Assembly (NCBI GenBank): GCA_039026915.1
Contig: JBCCLJ010000004.1
Coordinates: forward strand, 1,650-65,649
Length of the DNA: 64,000 nucleotides
Direction: 5' to 3'
Origin: Acidobacteriota bacterium
GTDB lineage: Bacteria > Acidobacteriota > Thermoanaerobaculia > Multivoradales > Multivoraceae
The position numbers and the translations under genes were made by a program. Shown piece by piece: positions 45,416-53,999 of this stretch (positions are counted from its first letter, which is position 1; every line of letters starts with the position of its first letter). The notes beneath the pieces are model-generated. The model saw only the letters and a program-made list of their open reading frames with translations. It was not told the DNA's origin and ran no database searches.

Positions 45416-45475
45416 GAAAGAGAGGGGCACAGCGCTGACACGCCAAGCGCCACGACCCTCAACTAGGAGACCGAC

Positions 45476-46078
45476 ATGACTCGCAACGTCCAAAAGATGA
45501 CCGCCACCCTCTTCCTGGCTCTGCTGGCCAGCCCCCAGATGGCCGAGATCGGTGCCCAGGCCGAAGCTCAGTCGCGGCGCGCCATCGTCGAGCGCAAGGT
45601 CGATCGGCGCGCCGACCACCGCGTGGATCGTCGCCACGATCGGCGCAGGAACGAAGATCGCCTCGATGAGCGCCAGGACCGTCGGCAGGACCGCCGTCAG
45701 GATCATCGTCTCGATCGCCGCATCGACCGGCGGATCGATCGTCGCTGGGACCGTTGGGACGACTGGGTCGACTACCGCCGGACCGTGGCGGGCGTTCGTC
45801 TGGTCGCTGGGATGATCTTCGGAAGCCTGCCGCCGCAGCCCGCCGTGCTGATCGTCGACGGTGAGGAGTTTTTCTACGCCGAGGGGGTTTTCTTCCAGCG
45901 CATCCCGAGCGTCGTCGGACCAACCTACCGCGTGGTTGTCGCACCTGCCGGCGCCGTCGTGGCCGCCTTGCCCAGTGATGCCGTCATCGTCACCGTCGCC
46001 GGCGCCCGCTACTACCGCTCCGGAGACATCTGGTTTCTGGGAGCGCCGGGGCGCTACCGCGTCGTCTTGGCTCCCTGA
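45476..46078 (+). CDS. secreted protein with (xDRR)n charged repeat and C-terminal YY/FF-rich domain
   Basis: AGGAGA RBS. Signal peptide MTATLFLALLASPQMAEIGAQA. Repeat: VDRRADHRVDRRHDRRRNEDRLDERQDRRQDRRQDHRLDRRIDRRIDRRWDRW. C-terminus: EEFFYAEGVFFQRIP...YRVVVAPAGAVVAALPSDAVIVTVAGARYYRSGDIWF. Confidence 0.7.
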   Translation: MTRNVQKMTATLFLALLASPQMAEIGAQAEAQSRRAIVERKVDRRADHRVDRRHDRRRNEDRLDERQDRRQDRRQDHRLDRRIDRRIDRRWDRWDDWVDYRRTVAGVRLVAGMIFGSLPPQPAVLIVDGEEFFYAEGVFFQRIPSVVGPTYRVVVAPAGAVVAALPSDAVIVTVAGARYYRSGDIWFLGAPGRYRVVLAP

Positions 46079-46096
46079 GTTGGTCCACCGAAGGTC

Positions 46097-46125
46097 GACG
46101 CCCGCTCCCGCTGGGGGCGGGCGTC
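46097..46125 (+). terminator. strong GC hairpin after the DRR-repeat gene
   Basis: GACGCCCGC-tcccgctgggg-GCGGGCGTC (9-bp perfect stem, with an inner CCC/GGG pairing), 19 nt after stop 46078. Confidence 0.55.
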
Positions 46126-46240
46126 TCGCGTTGCGCGCTCCTTTCGTCAGCAGGCGTCATGGCGGCGCTGTGTGACGTCGCGCCAGCCCGGCGTCGTAAA
46201 GGTGGCAGGAGAAGTGGATCGACTCCTCGAAGTTGGAGTT

Positions 46241-47374
46241 CTACTTCGACACGAGGAGCTGAGGGCCTGCCAAGCGCTCGGCGAGTGCCTCGGCCAGTGT
46301 CTGTGAGCCGAGCTGGGAGAAGTGGAATGGATCCGAGAAGTGCTCGTCACGGTCGAGGATCACCGTCGCGTCCACGTAGAGGGTCCCATCGTGCTCGCTG
46401 GCCACCTCCCGAAGTGTCTCATTGAGCTGATCCAGGGCGCGAAAGGCCCCGGCTTCTTCGATTCTCAACCACGACTCCAGGTAGTTCCGATCGAAAGCTC
46501 TTGCGTCCTCGCGAACCCTCATCGGCTGAGCGACGAGAACGGGAGTGGCTCCTGAATCTCTTGCGAGAGCGACCCAGGAGCGAACGTTGCGCCGGAAGAC
46601 CTGCTTCGCCTCCGGAGCGATCGACCGGGCGAGGCTGTACTCTTCCGGCGGCAATCGGGGTCGGAAGTAAGCGAGCAGAATGCTCCTGTGCAGCAGAGAG
46701 GGAGGGGCAGTGTCGAAGCCGAGTGCACCTCTCAGGATCGCAGCGTGGTCGACGTACTCCTTGTCGAAGGGGCGGAGCGACGCTGGTTGTATGTCGTTCA
46801 CGCCCTGAAAAAGCAAGGCGATCTTCGGCTGTAGGTCCCTATCTCGTACCGCAAACGAGATGACGTTCTCGAGGGAGGTCCAACCAGGAAAACCCGCGTT
46901 CCAGACTTCTGCCTCAAACCCGAGACCCTTCAGTCTCTGCTCCAGCAACATCGGCCACGAAGCCTGATCGTTGCTCGCAAGGAGATCGAAGGCCGCCGAG
47001 CCCCCCGCGACCAGGATGCGTGGCCGCTCAGTGGGTCCAGGTCGATCCGGTCCACGGTAGCCGAGCTCGTTGAAAGAGGCGCTTCTCTCGCCGAGGGCTA
47101 CGCTCGAACTCGCGCGCGGGGCGACATTCAAGAACGGATGTCTTTGGTAGATGTCGAGCACATCGGATTGTTGCTGGTAGGAACTCCACTCCGCTGTAGA
47201 CGGCCACTCACCACGGGTCACTCGTCCGCCGATCCGGGCCATCAGCTCGGCTCCAGCGAGCACGAGTGCTGCAGCAACGACGACCACGCTGAAGATCAGT
47301 GCTCTCTGCACGGCGCCAGCGATTCCGCTGCGAAGACTCGGTGCGGAGGATCTTTCCCTTGGATCGGTCGACAT
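46241..47374 (-). CDS. SGNH/GDSL-family hydrolase with N-terminal membrane anchor
   Basis: Internal ATG 47374. TM segment IFSVVVVAAALVLAGAEL. Block I ILVAGGSAAFDL, block III FQGVNDI, block V DPFHFS. Confidence 0.7.
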   Translation of the reverse strand: MSTDPRERSSAPSLRSGIAGAVQRALIFSVVVVAAALVLAGAELMARIGGRVTRGEWPSTAEWSSYQQQSDVLDIYQRHPFLNVAPRASSSVALGERSASFNELGYRGPDRPGPTERPRILVAGGSAAFDLLASNDQASWPMLLEQRLKGLGFEAEVWNAGFPGWTSLENVISFAVRDRDLQPKIALLFQGVNDIQPASLRPFDKEYVDHAAILRGALGFDTAPPSLLHRSILLAYFRPRLPPEEYSLARSIAPEAKQVFRRNVRSWVALARDSGATPVLVAQPMRVREDARAFDRNYLESWLRIEEAGAFRALDQLNETLREVASEHDGTLYVDATVILDRDEHFSDPFHFSQLGSQTLAEALAERLAGPQLLVSK

Positions 47375-47529
47375 CGCGAGGGACTCTAGCAAGCTGAACT
47401 CAGCGAAGACCGAGAGCAGCCGGTCGCCGCGCAATCACACGAAGGCCTGCCTTCGTCGAGAAGGCAGCTGCATCGGTTCGGTGCCAGCCACCGGCTCCAG
47501 GATCCACGCGAGCCGGAGGTGGAAGAGCC

Positions 47530-49350
47530 TCAGTTCGTATAGCCGAGGGCGCCAAGTCTCTTTCGCACGCTCTGGCTCACCTCGCCGGGCTCCGGAGTCG
47601 TCCTGTCCGGCCGAAACACGAACACCGTCAGGTCGGCATTCAAGGAGGATCGCGCGGGGAGCCATGAACGAACGGCGATGTTCGTCGGGCGAAGGACCGG
47701 CGAAGGAGTAGGACGCATCGTTCCCGTCTGAATCATCGCGTTGTCCGCTCGAATGCTCTGGATCTTTGCGGACTCGCTCAGCAAGAGCCCGCGAAGAGGC
47801 ATCCCCGGTTCGTCGGTGAGAGACAGCTTGATCACGAAGCTCTCAGCTTGCTCCGCTATGTCGACTTGGTCTGCTTCCGACAAGAAGTAGGGGATGGGAT
47901 CCTCGAGCGGCGAGTCGGCGACGATCGTGATCGTAGCGACCTCGTTCGATCCGGAGCCTCGAAAGAGAACTCGCGTCCCTGGGGTGGTCCCGAGAAGCCT
48001 GCGGTGAATCTCGAGCTCGAGGTCGCGTTCGCTGGGTGCCAGTCGAACCCTCGGCTGCCTCTCCAGGGGATCGTTGGCCAGGTTGATTGCTGCGATCGGG
48101 GGAAGTCTGGCCCTGTCGAGCTGCTCCAAATGCAGAGCGAGAGGATCCTCTTCGCGGCGTTCATCGCGGGCGTTGAACAGAATGAGCTTGTGGTCTCCTA
48201 GAACAGCGCCTGCCCGAAGCGGGCCACTCGAGAGATGTTGGAAGAACACGGGCCGACGCGACGGCTTGCGCATTCCATCAACGACGGAGAGAAGACTCTC
48301 GCCGCTGAGTCCCTCCGAAGCCAGACCCGCCGCATCAAGGAGCGTTGGAGCGATGTCAGCCAGACCGACCGCTTCTTCGACGTGAGCGCGACCCGACGTC
48401 CTCTTCGACCAGGAGATGACGAGCGGCACCCGAACCTGCTCCTCGTACAGGGTCTGGCCGTGCTTCCATCCTTCATGCTCGTAGAACTCCTCGCCGTGGT
48501 CCGATGTGAAAACGACGAGAGTCTCTCTAGGAGACGTTTCTGCGAGACGGTCGATCAGGTCGGCCACAAAGCGATCGAGGTATCGAACTTCGTCGTCGTA
48601 GAGACTGGAGAAGCGGTTGGCGGCGTGATCTGGATCCACGCGGATACGACCGGCATAGACACCGTGTACGTTGTCGCCGGCAACAGGCTGTTGGGGGTCG
48701 GAGCGCCCTTGGCCGGAAGCGATCAGTGGATTGAGGTACGGATCGTGAGGATCCAGGTAATGCGCCCAGAGGAAGAACGGCGTGTCGTCGCTCTGCTCAG
48801 CCAGAAACTGCTCGAGCCACGGCTGAAGCTGGTCCTGTGCGTTGAGGGAGAGCGACTCCACGACGGGCTCAGCGATCTGGAACTCCTCGAAGCCTCTTCC
48901 GAAACCCTCTTCCGGTTGAAGGGTCGGGTTGGCGACGAAAGCCGCGGTGCGGTAGCCCGCGTCACGAAGGCGCTCGGCGAGGGTCGGTACGGCGGCGGGA
49001 ATGTCGTAGAGCGTTGATCCCGCAAACCCGAGTTCGTCGGGGAGGTAGCCGCTGAGCAGGCTGGCCATCGACGGGAGCGTCCAGGGCGCATGGGCGTAGG
49101 CGCGTTCGAACACGACGCCATTCTCCGCGAGGCGCTCGCAGATCTCGGTGCCGGTGTCTCGCTCTGGGGAGCTCATGCACGGGAGGCGGTCGGCTCGGAG
49201 GGTGTCGACGACGATGAGCACGAGATTCGGTTTCTGCTCGTCGACGCCACACCCGGCGAGAGCCAAGAGGACGAGAAATGGACGGATGACAAGAGAGGCT
49301 GCCTTCCAGCGTTCGGCTGCACCACGGGGCGCCTGGGGCGACGAGACCAA
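47530..49350 (-). CDS. sulfatase-like (alkaline-phosphatase superfamily) lipoprotein
   Basis: ORF 47530..49608. I favour the in-frame TTG at 49350, giving ...AASLVIRPFLVLLALAGCG (lipobox). Metal site LVLIVVDTLRADR. Nucleophile region AHAPWTLPSMASLLSG. FTSDHGEEFYEHEGWKHG. Confidence 0.75.
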   Translation of the reverse strand: MVSSPQAPRGAAERWKAASLVIRPFLVLLALAGCGVDEQKPNLVLIVVDTLRADRLPCMSSPERDTGTEICERLAENGVVFERAYAHAPWTLPSMASLLSGYLPDELGFAGSTLYDIPAAVPTLAERLRDAGYRTAAFVANPTLQPEEGFGRGFEEFQIAEPVVESLSLNAQDQLQPWLEQFLAEQSDDTPFFLWAHYLDPHDPYLNPLIASGQGRSDPQQPVAGDNVHGVYAGRIRVDPDHAANRFSSLYDDEVRYLDRFVADLIDRLAETSPRETLVVFTSDHGEEFYEHEGWKHGQTLYEEQVRVPLVISWSKRTSGRAHVEEAVGLADIAPTLLDAAGLASEGLSGESLLSVVDGMRKPSRRPVFFQHLSSGPLRAGAVLGDHKLILFNARDERREEDPLALHLEQLDRARLPPIAAINLANDPLERQPRVRLAPSERDLELEIHRRLLGTTPGTRVLFRGSGSNEVATITIVADSPLEDPIPYFLSEADQVDIAEQAESFVIKLSLTDEPGMPLRGLLLSESAKIQSIRADNAMIQTGTMRPTPSPVLRPTNIAVRSWLPARSSLNADLTVFVFRPDRTTPEPGEVSQSVRKRLGALGYTN

Positions 49351-50089
49351 CGTGTGCGGCGGTCGTCGGCTCGGCGCTGTCGCGCTGCAGGCGTCGATAC
49401 GCTCTCGGCCGATCGATGGGGCGGCTCGGATGTGTGAGCTGGACGACGCTCTGAAGGGCATTTCCATGGAACTCCAACGCTCGATGGCTGTTCTCCATCG
49501 TCCTGGGCTGCTGGAGTGCTGCCGGGGCTCTCGACGACTCGGCGAACTCCGCGGACTCTCGCGAGGCCGATACGACTCAGAGCAGAAGCGTCGCAGCCGA
49601 TCATACAAGCGCCCTGCCTGTTCCCCGTGAGGCTAAGCGAGACCAGGCCGGCGCGTGCTCTCGCGCCTGATGAAGACCCTCCAAAGTCGCTGTGAACTGG
49701 TCGGCGCGGAGCGCCTGTCGCATCCGTCCGGCGTGGAGCGCACGGGAGAGTTCGGGGACCGCCCGCCGACAAGGGTCCTGGAGCCTGCTGCCGGCGCTCG
49801 TATCTCCGTCGACTCCCTGCTGAGTCTCTTGCGGAGTCGGCCGATCGCAGGGACGTTGAGCTGTCGGCATGGCAGCGGGTACCCCGTTGGCTCCGCGTCC
49901 TGGCCGGGTAGCGGGATCCCCGTCAGCGTTCGCTACTCTCCGCAAGGGAGTTGTCCGTCCGATCCTTCCCGGCGCCTAGCGGCTCGGCGGTCACGTCGTC
50001 GTTTGGTCCCACCCTGGCTCGAGCAGGCCGCGCGGGCGTCTTGCGATCGCCGGTTCGGTCCGTCTCCGTGGGCGTAGGATGCTCTCGCG

Positions 50090-51841
50090 ATGCGTTCTAG
50101 TTCTCGAGCCGCCACGGAGCCGGCTGCGCCGACGGAGTCCAGGAAGGAGTTCGTGCCGGTTCAGCTGGCTGTTGTTCTGGGCGCAGCGCTCCCGTATCTG
50201 CTGCGCGGGCGCTCCGGTTTTGCCAGCGAGGACTTCGTGATCCTGCGGCAGTTGGCGTCCAACAGCTTTGCCGATCTTCTGCGGGACAACTTCACCGGCC
50301 CGTGGCTCGGACTCGAGATGCTGGACTTCTACCGGCCGCTGTCCACCCTGATCCTGAAGGTCCTCGTCATCTTGTGCGGCCTCGATGCCGAGTGGATCTC
50401 AGCCGTTCATGCGCTCTTCCATGGGGCCTGTTCTCTGCTGATAGGGCGTCTTGTTTTCAGGCTCCTTCCGAAGCTGGGAGCGATGATCGGCTGGAGCGCG
50501 GCGATCGTTTTCGCCGTCCACCCACTCGCCCCGAACACCGTCGCGTTCATCGCTAGTTTCTCGACTCTCTACTCGACGCTGTTCGGACTCCTTGCCCTGG
50601 ATGTTGTGACCCGCAGGGCCGCTCTGTCGCCTCTTGCGGTCGCGCTCTTCGCGGCCTCGATGCTCTGCTACGAGCAGGCCGTCGTGTTTCCGTTCCTGGG
50701 CGCGGCCTCGTTGCTACTCATTGAGGCCGACGCTCGGAGGATCCGCTGGGCCTGGGCCGTGAGCGTTGCAGTTGCGGTGGGGTACCTGGCGGTTCGATCT
50801 CTCGCCGTGGGCGCGGCAGTCGGCGGCTATGAGTCCACCCGAGAGCGCCTGTTGGCCGCGACCCCTGCGGAAACGGTCTCTGCGATCTTGGAGAACGCTG
50901 CGCGAGTTGCAGTACCTTCTTGGCAATGGCAGCCGAGCTTCCTTGTTCTGGCGGTGATCACGCTCGGAGTCGCGACGTGGGCTGCGGCGTCCGTCCGATC
51001 TGGAGGGAGACTCCGAGAGCTTGCCGTCCCCTCTTTTGGGGCGTTGTGGTGGGCCGTGTGTGCTGCTCCCTTTGGCTTCGCGCGCATCGTGCCCGCGAAT
51101 GCTCGCTACACCTACATGGGTATCGCGGGGCTGGTGCTGCTGCTCTGCGGGTTGCTGGGGCTTTCTCGGCGTCTGGCGGGCCGCCGAGCCTCGACGGTCA
51201 TTCTGTGCCTCCTCAGCCTCGGGTATCTCTTGGCACTCGATCTGCGTCTGAAGGAGATGCGGGCCGCCTCGGCTCTCGCGGCGAGAGTTGCGGATCAGAC
51301 CTCAGCGAGCACCCGAGATGTTCCGCTTGCTGTTCTGCGTGTGCCGCGGTTCATCAACGGCCCGAGAGGCGAGCCGGTTGCGCAGGTACTCAACTGGGGA
51401 CTCAGCGACTCGCTCGATGCGTTGTTTGATCGAAGTGGCCGCCTCACTTATCCCGTCGATGAGGTTGGCGCACGAGCCCTGGGCCCGGCGGCCGGACAGG
51501 GGCACCTGGACGTCGTTCGCTGGAGCGGCAAGTCGCTGGAGCGAGCCGCGACGGCTCCGCTGAGTGAGTGCGTTGAGAGCCGTCTCGAGGGAGATCTCCT
51601 CACTCTGAACCGAGACCAGTGTGCCCAGTGTAGGTATCGGCTCGTGGTCCTGTCTCCCGTGGGCGACAACGTCCTCGAGCTTCGGGGCGAGTCGGTGGCC
51701 CTCCCCGCAGACACGATGACGACGATGCGAGCCCTTTGGGTAACGCCGGAGGGTGACTTCTCACTGCCTGTTCTCGCCTGGGTGCTCCGAGGAGAGGCAG
51801 AGGACCTTTGTACGTCGAAGGTCCATCTCGTCTTGGAGTAG
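50090..51841 (+). CDS. GT-C-fold glycosyltransferase-like membrane protein (PMT/ArnT/TMTC-like)
   Basis: 583 aa, with about 11 TM helices in the first 400 aa and then a soluble C-terminal domain. N-terminal DFVILRQL...FYRPLSTL resembles PMT_2/TMTC-type transferases. Confidence 0.6.
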   Translation: MRSSSRAATEPAAPTESRKEFVPVQLAVVLGAALPYLLRGRSGFASEDFVILRQLASNSFADLLRDNFTGPWLGLEMLDFYRPLSTLILKVLVILCGLDAEWISAVHALFHGACSLLIGRLVFRLLPKLGAMIGWSAAIVFAVHPLAPNTVAFIASFSTLYSTLFGLLALDVVTRRAALSPLAVALFAASMLCYEQAVVFPFLGAASLLLIEADARRIRWAWAVSVAVAVGYLAVRSLAVGAAVGGYESTRERLLAATPAETVSAILENAARVAVPSWQWQPSFLVLAVITLGVATWAAASVRSGGRLRELAVPSFGALWWAVCAAPFGFARIVPANARYTYMGIAGLVLLLCGLLGLSRRLAGRRASTVILCLLSLGYLLALDLRLKEMRAASALAARVADQTSASTRDVPLAVLRVPRFINGPRGEPVAQVLNWGLSDSLDALFDRSGRLTYPVDEVGARALGPAAGQGHLDVVRWSGKSLERAATAPLSECVESRLEGDLLTLNRDQCAQCRYRLVVLSPVGDNVLELRGESVALPADTMTTMRALWVTPEGDFSLPVLAWVLRGEAEDLCTSKVHLVLE

Positions 51842-51842
51842 G

Positions 51843-51864
51843 CGATGTCCTGGCCTCGACATCG
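51843..51864. terminator. hairpin between two convergent GT-C-like genes
   Basis: CGATGTC-ctggcctc-GACATCG (7-bp stem), between stops 51841 and 51883. Confidence 0.35.
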
Positions 51865-51882
51865 GCGAGTTCGCCAGAGCTG

Positions 51883-53409
51883 TCACTCTCGCGTCTCCGT
51901 GGAGGGCGACAGGCGTCGCCGGTACAGTGAGACGGTGCCTCTGCCTGAGCTCGGGTCTTCGTATTGGACGACCAGGTCGTAGCTGAGCGCGAGATCGGCC
52001 CACTGATCAACACCGTACTCGGCACGAAAGAGCGGAACCTCCACGAGGTAGTCCGGTGGATGCTCATCCAGCGTCTTGGTGATGTCGCCGCTCCGTTTGC
52101 CTTCAAGTGCCTCCGGCGACACGAGGGCCAGTAGATCGAGGACGCGGTGCTCATTCGCGAAGTACCCGATCACTCCAATCTCGATGGCGGCGACCGTGCC
52201 TGCTGGCTCCGCATGCAGTGCTTCGCCAACGGCTCGATAGACCTCGTAGCGCGGATCCGGAGGCTCTCCCCACATCGTGGCTGCCTGAGACGACACTCGA
52301 GCAAGAGCGAGAAGCGCAATCAACGTCGCCAAGACTCTGACGGGCGTCCGCAGCTTCGACCCACGCTGTCCAAGCAGCTCTTGGACTTCGGTTGCACCAA
52401 CGCTCGTCAGGTAGAACAGCCCCAGCATCGTAGAGACGTGGTACCAGGGGGCGAACGGTACACCCACAGCTCGGTAGAAGACCTCGTGTGAGACGAGCCA
52501 CAAACCAAAGACGAGAGCCTGGGAGCTTCTTCTCCTAGCCAAGACCAGGATCCCCGTCGTAGCCAACGCCAAGAGGACAGCGATCAGGGCATAGTCCTGG
52601 CTGAAGGTGCGAAGCAGCCACGAGCCTTGGGCGACGTCATAGGCGAAATCTGGACTCGCCTCAGCTCTCTTGGACTCCAGCGTTTGGGGAACGACTCGTC
52701 CGAAGTAGAGCTGAAGAGCCGCGACGAAAGCGAGGGATGGAGCGCCTAGAGACGCTGCGAACGACACGGGAATGGTGCGGTGCCGGAGGTAGTAAGCGGC
52801 GAGCAGCGGGGGAAGAGCGAGAGCCGCGTCGAAGCGTAGCGAAAGTGCGACCGCCATGAGCAGACCGGACAGCCAGGCAGGTCCTTTCCCCAAGAGGCTC
52901 ACGATCGACCAGCTGACGAGGGCGGCGACAGGAAAACTCTCGGCTCCGTACACCTCCACGTTCCACCGTGCAAAGAGCGACAGCAGGAGGAAGATCAGGG
53001 AAGACGCGATCGAGGCCGCCCCGGAACAGCGCTGAACCAAGACGGCGAGACTCGCAATCGAAACGAGCGACGCCAGGGTCCCGAAAGCGGCCGGCCCGAT
53101 CAGTTGCCCGGACAAGAAGGTGGCTAGCCCCAGCAGAAGGGCATAACCGGGTGCGCTCGTGCCGAGGACGCGTTCCCCGTCGTTGTAGCAGAGGCAGCCG
53201 GACTCCGCGAACTGCTGAGCGTAGCGATAGGTGATGAAGGAGTCGTCGTAGGAGGCTCCCCAGAATCCCAATGCCTGAAGCAGCAGAAGAGCCAGAGCTG
53301 CGAGACCGCCAGCGACCTGAAGAGCGCTCGGGGTCTTCGTAGCGATAGATGGCTTCTCTTCCACAGCAGCAAGACGACCTTTCCAGTCGAGCCTGACCGA
53401 CGGGCGCAA
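51883..53409 (-). CDS. GT-C-fold glycosyltransferase-like membrane protein (arabinofuranosyl/mannosyl-transferase-like)
   Basis: 508 aa, polytopic. N-terminal loop ASYDDSFITYRYAQQFAESGCLCYNDGERVLGTSAPGYALLLGL is the DDxFIxxRYA signature seen in GT-C enzymes. Confidence 0.6.
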   Translation of the reverse strand: MRPSVRLDWKGRLAAVEEKPSIATKTPSALQVAGGLAALALLLLQALGFWGASYDDSFITYRYAQQFAESGCLCYNDGERVLGTSAPGYALLLGLATFLSGQLIGPAAFGTLASLVSIASLAVLVQRCSGAASIASSLIFLLLSLFARWNVEVYGAESFPVAALVSWSIVSLLGKGPAWLSGLLMAVALSLRFDAALALPPLLAAYYLRHRTIPVSFAASLGAPSLAFVAALQLYFGRVVPQTLESKRAEASPDFAYDVAQGSWLLRTFSQDYALIAVLLALATTGILVLARRRSSQALVFGLWLVSHEVFYRAVGVPFAPWYHVSTMLGLFYLTSVGATEVQELLGQRGSKLRTPVRVLATLIALLALARVSSQAATMWGEPPDPRYEVYRAVGEALHAEPAGTVAAIEIGVIGYFANEHRVLDLLALVSPEALEGKRSGDITKTLDEHPPDYLVEVPLFRAEYGVDQWADLALSYDLVVQYEDPSSGRGTVSLYRRRLSPSTETRE

Positions 53410-53533
53410 AGTATCACCCGTCTGCGGTTTGACAGCGAGTCAATAGACCTGCGACACCGGCGCTCGACCGCTCGACCCGACGAGCCTCGCAGCTCGGACT
53501 GCGACGCCTCTTCGAGCCGCCGTGCACCGCCGC

Positions 53534-53971
53534 TCAGGGCCGCGGGCTGACGCTGCGGTTGAGCGATGCCTGAATGACGGCGAAGGACAGCGCCGTGCTC
53601 CAGCCAATGAGGAGGACACCGTTCAGCGCTTCGATGCCCGTCAGCAATCGCCACGGAGGCTCGAGCGTCACGTCGCCGTAGCCGAGCGTGGTGAAGGTGG
53701 CGCAGGAGAAGTAGATCGACTCCTCGAAGGAGGCGACGCCGGTCTCCGGGAGCAGGTAGTACGTCGTGGCCCAGAGCAGGATCTCGATCATATGGAGAAG
53801 GATCAGCACCAGTGCCGTCTGTGCGAGGATGCCCAGCACCCAGAAGAAGCTGTGCGACTCGTCGTCGCGGACAAGGGCGCGCAGATGATGAACCCAGGCC
53901 GCGGTCCCCACCGCGTGAACGAAGACGGTGCCGCAGACGAGCGCTCCGGCGATCAGCAGAAGGATCAGCAC
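53534..53971 (-). CDS. minimal two-TM potassium channel
   Basis: 145 aa. Pore helix plus selectivity filter FSCATFTTLGYGD, flanked by hydrophobic helices. No RCK or ligand-binding domain. Confidence 0.85.
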   Translation of the reverse strand: MLILLLIAGALVCGTVFVHAVGTAAWVHHLRALVRDDESHSFFWVLGILAQTALVLILLHMIEILLWATTYYLLPETGVASFEESIYFSCATFTTLGYGDVTLEPPWRLLTGIEALNGVLLIGWSTALSFAVIQASLNRSVSPRP

Positions 53972-53999
53972 GGTCGGCGCTCAGCGTCGCGTTCGCTCT

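Noticed and set aside
45590-45770. Periodic nucleotide repeat that could be mistaken for a CRISPR or tandem-repeat locus
   Set aside because: The period is 12 nt and imperfect, with no spacers. It is in frame within a CDS that has an RBS, a signal peptide and a terminator.
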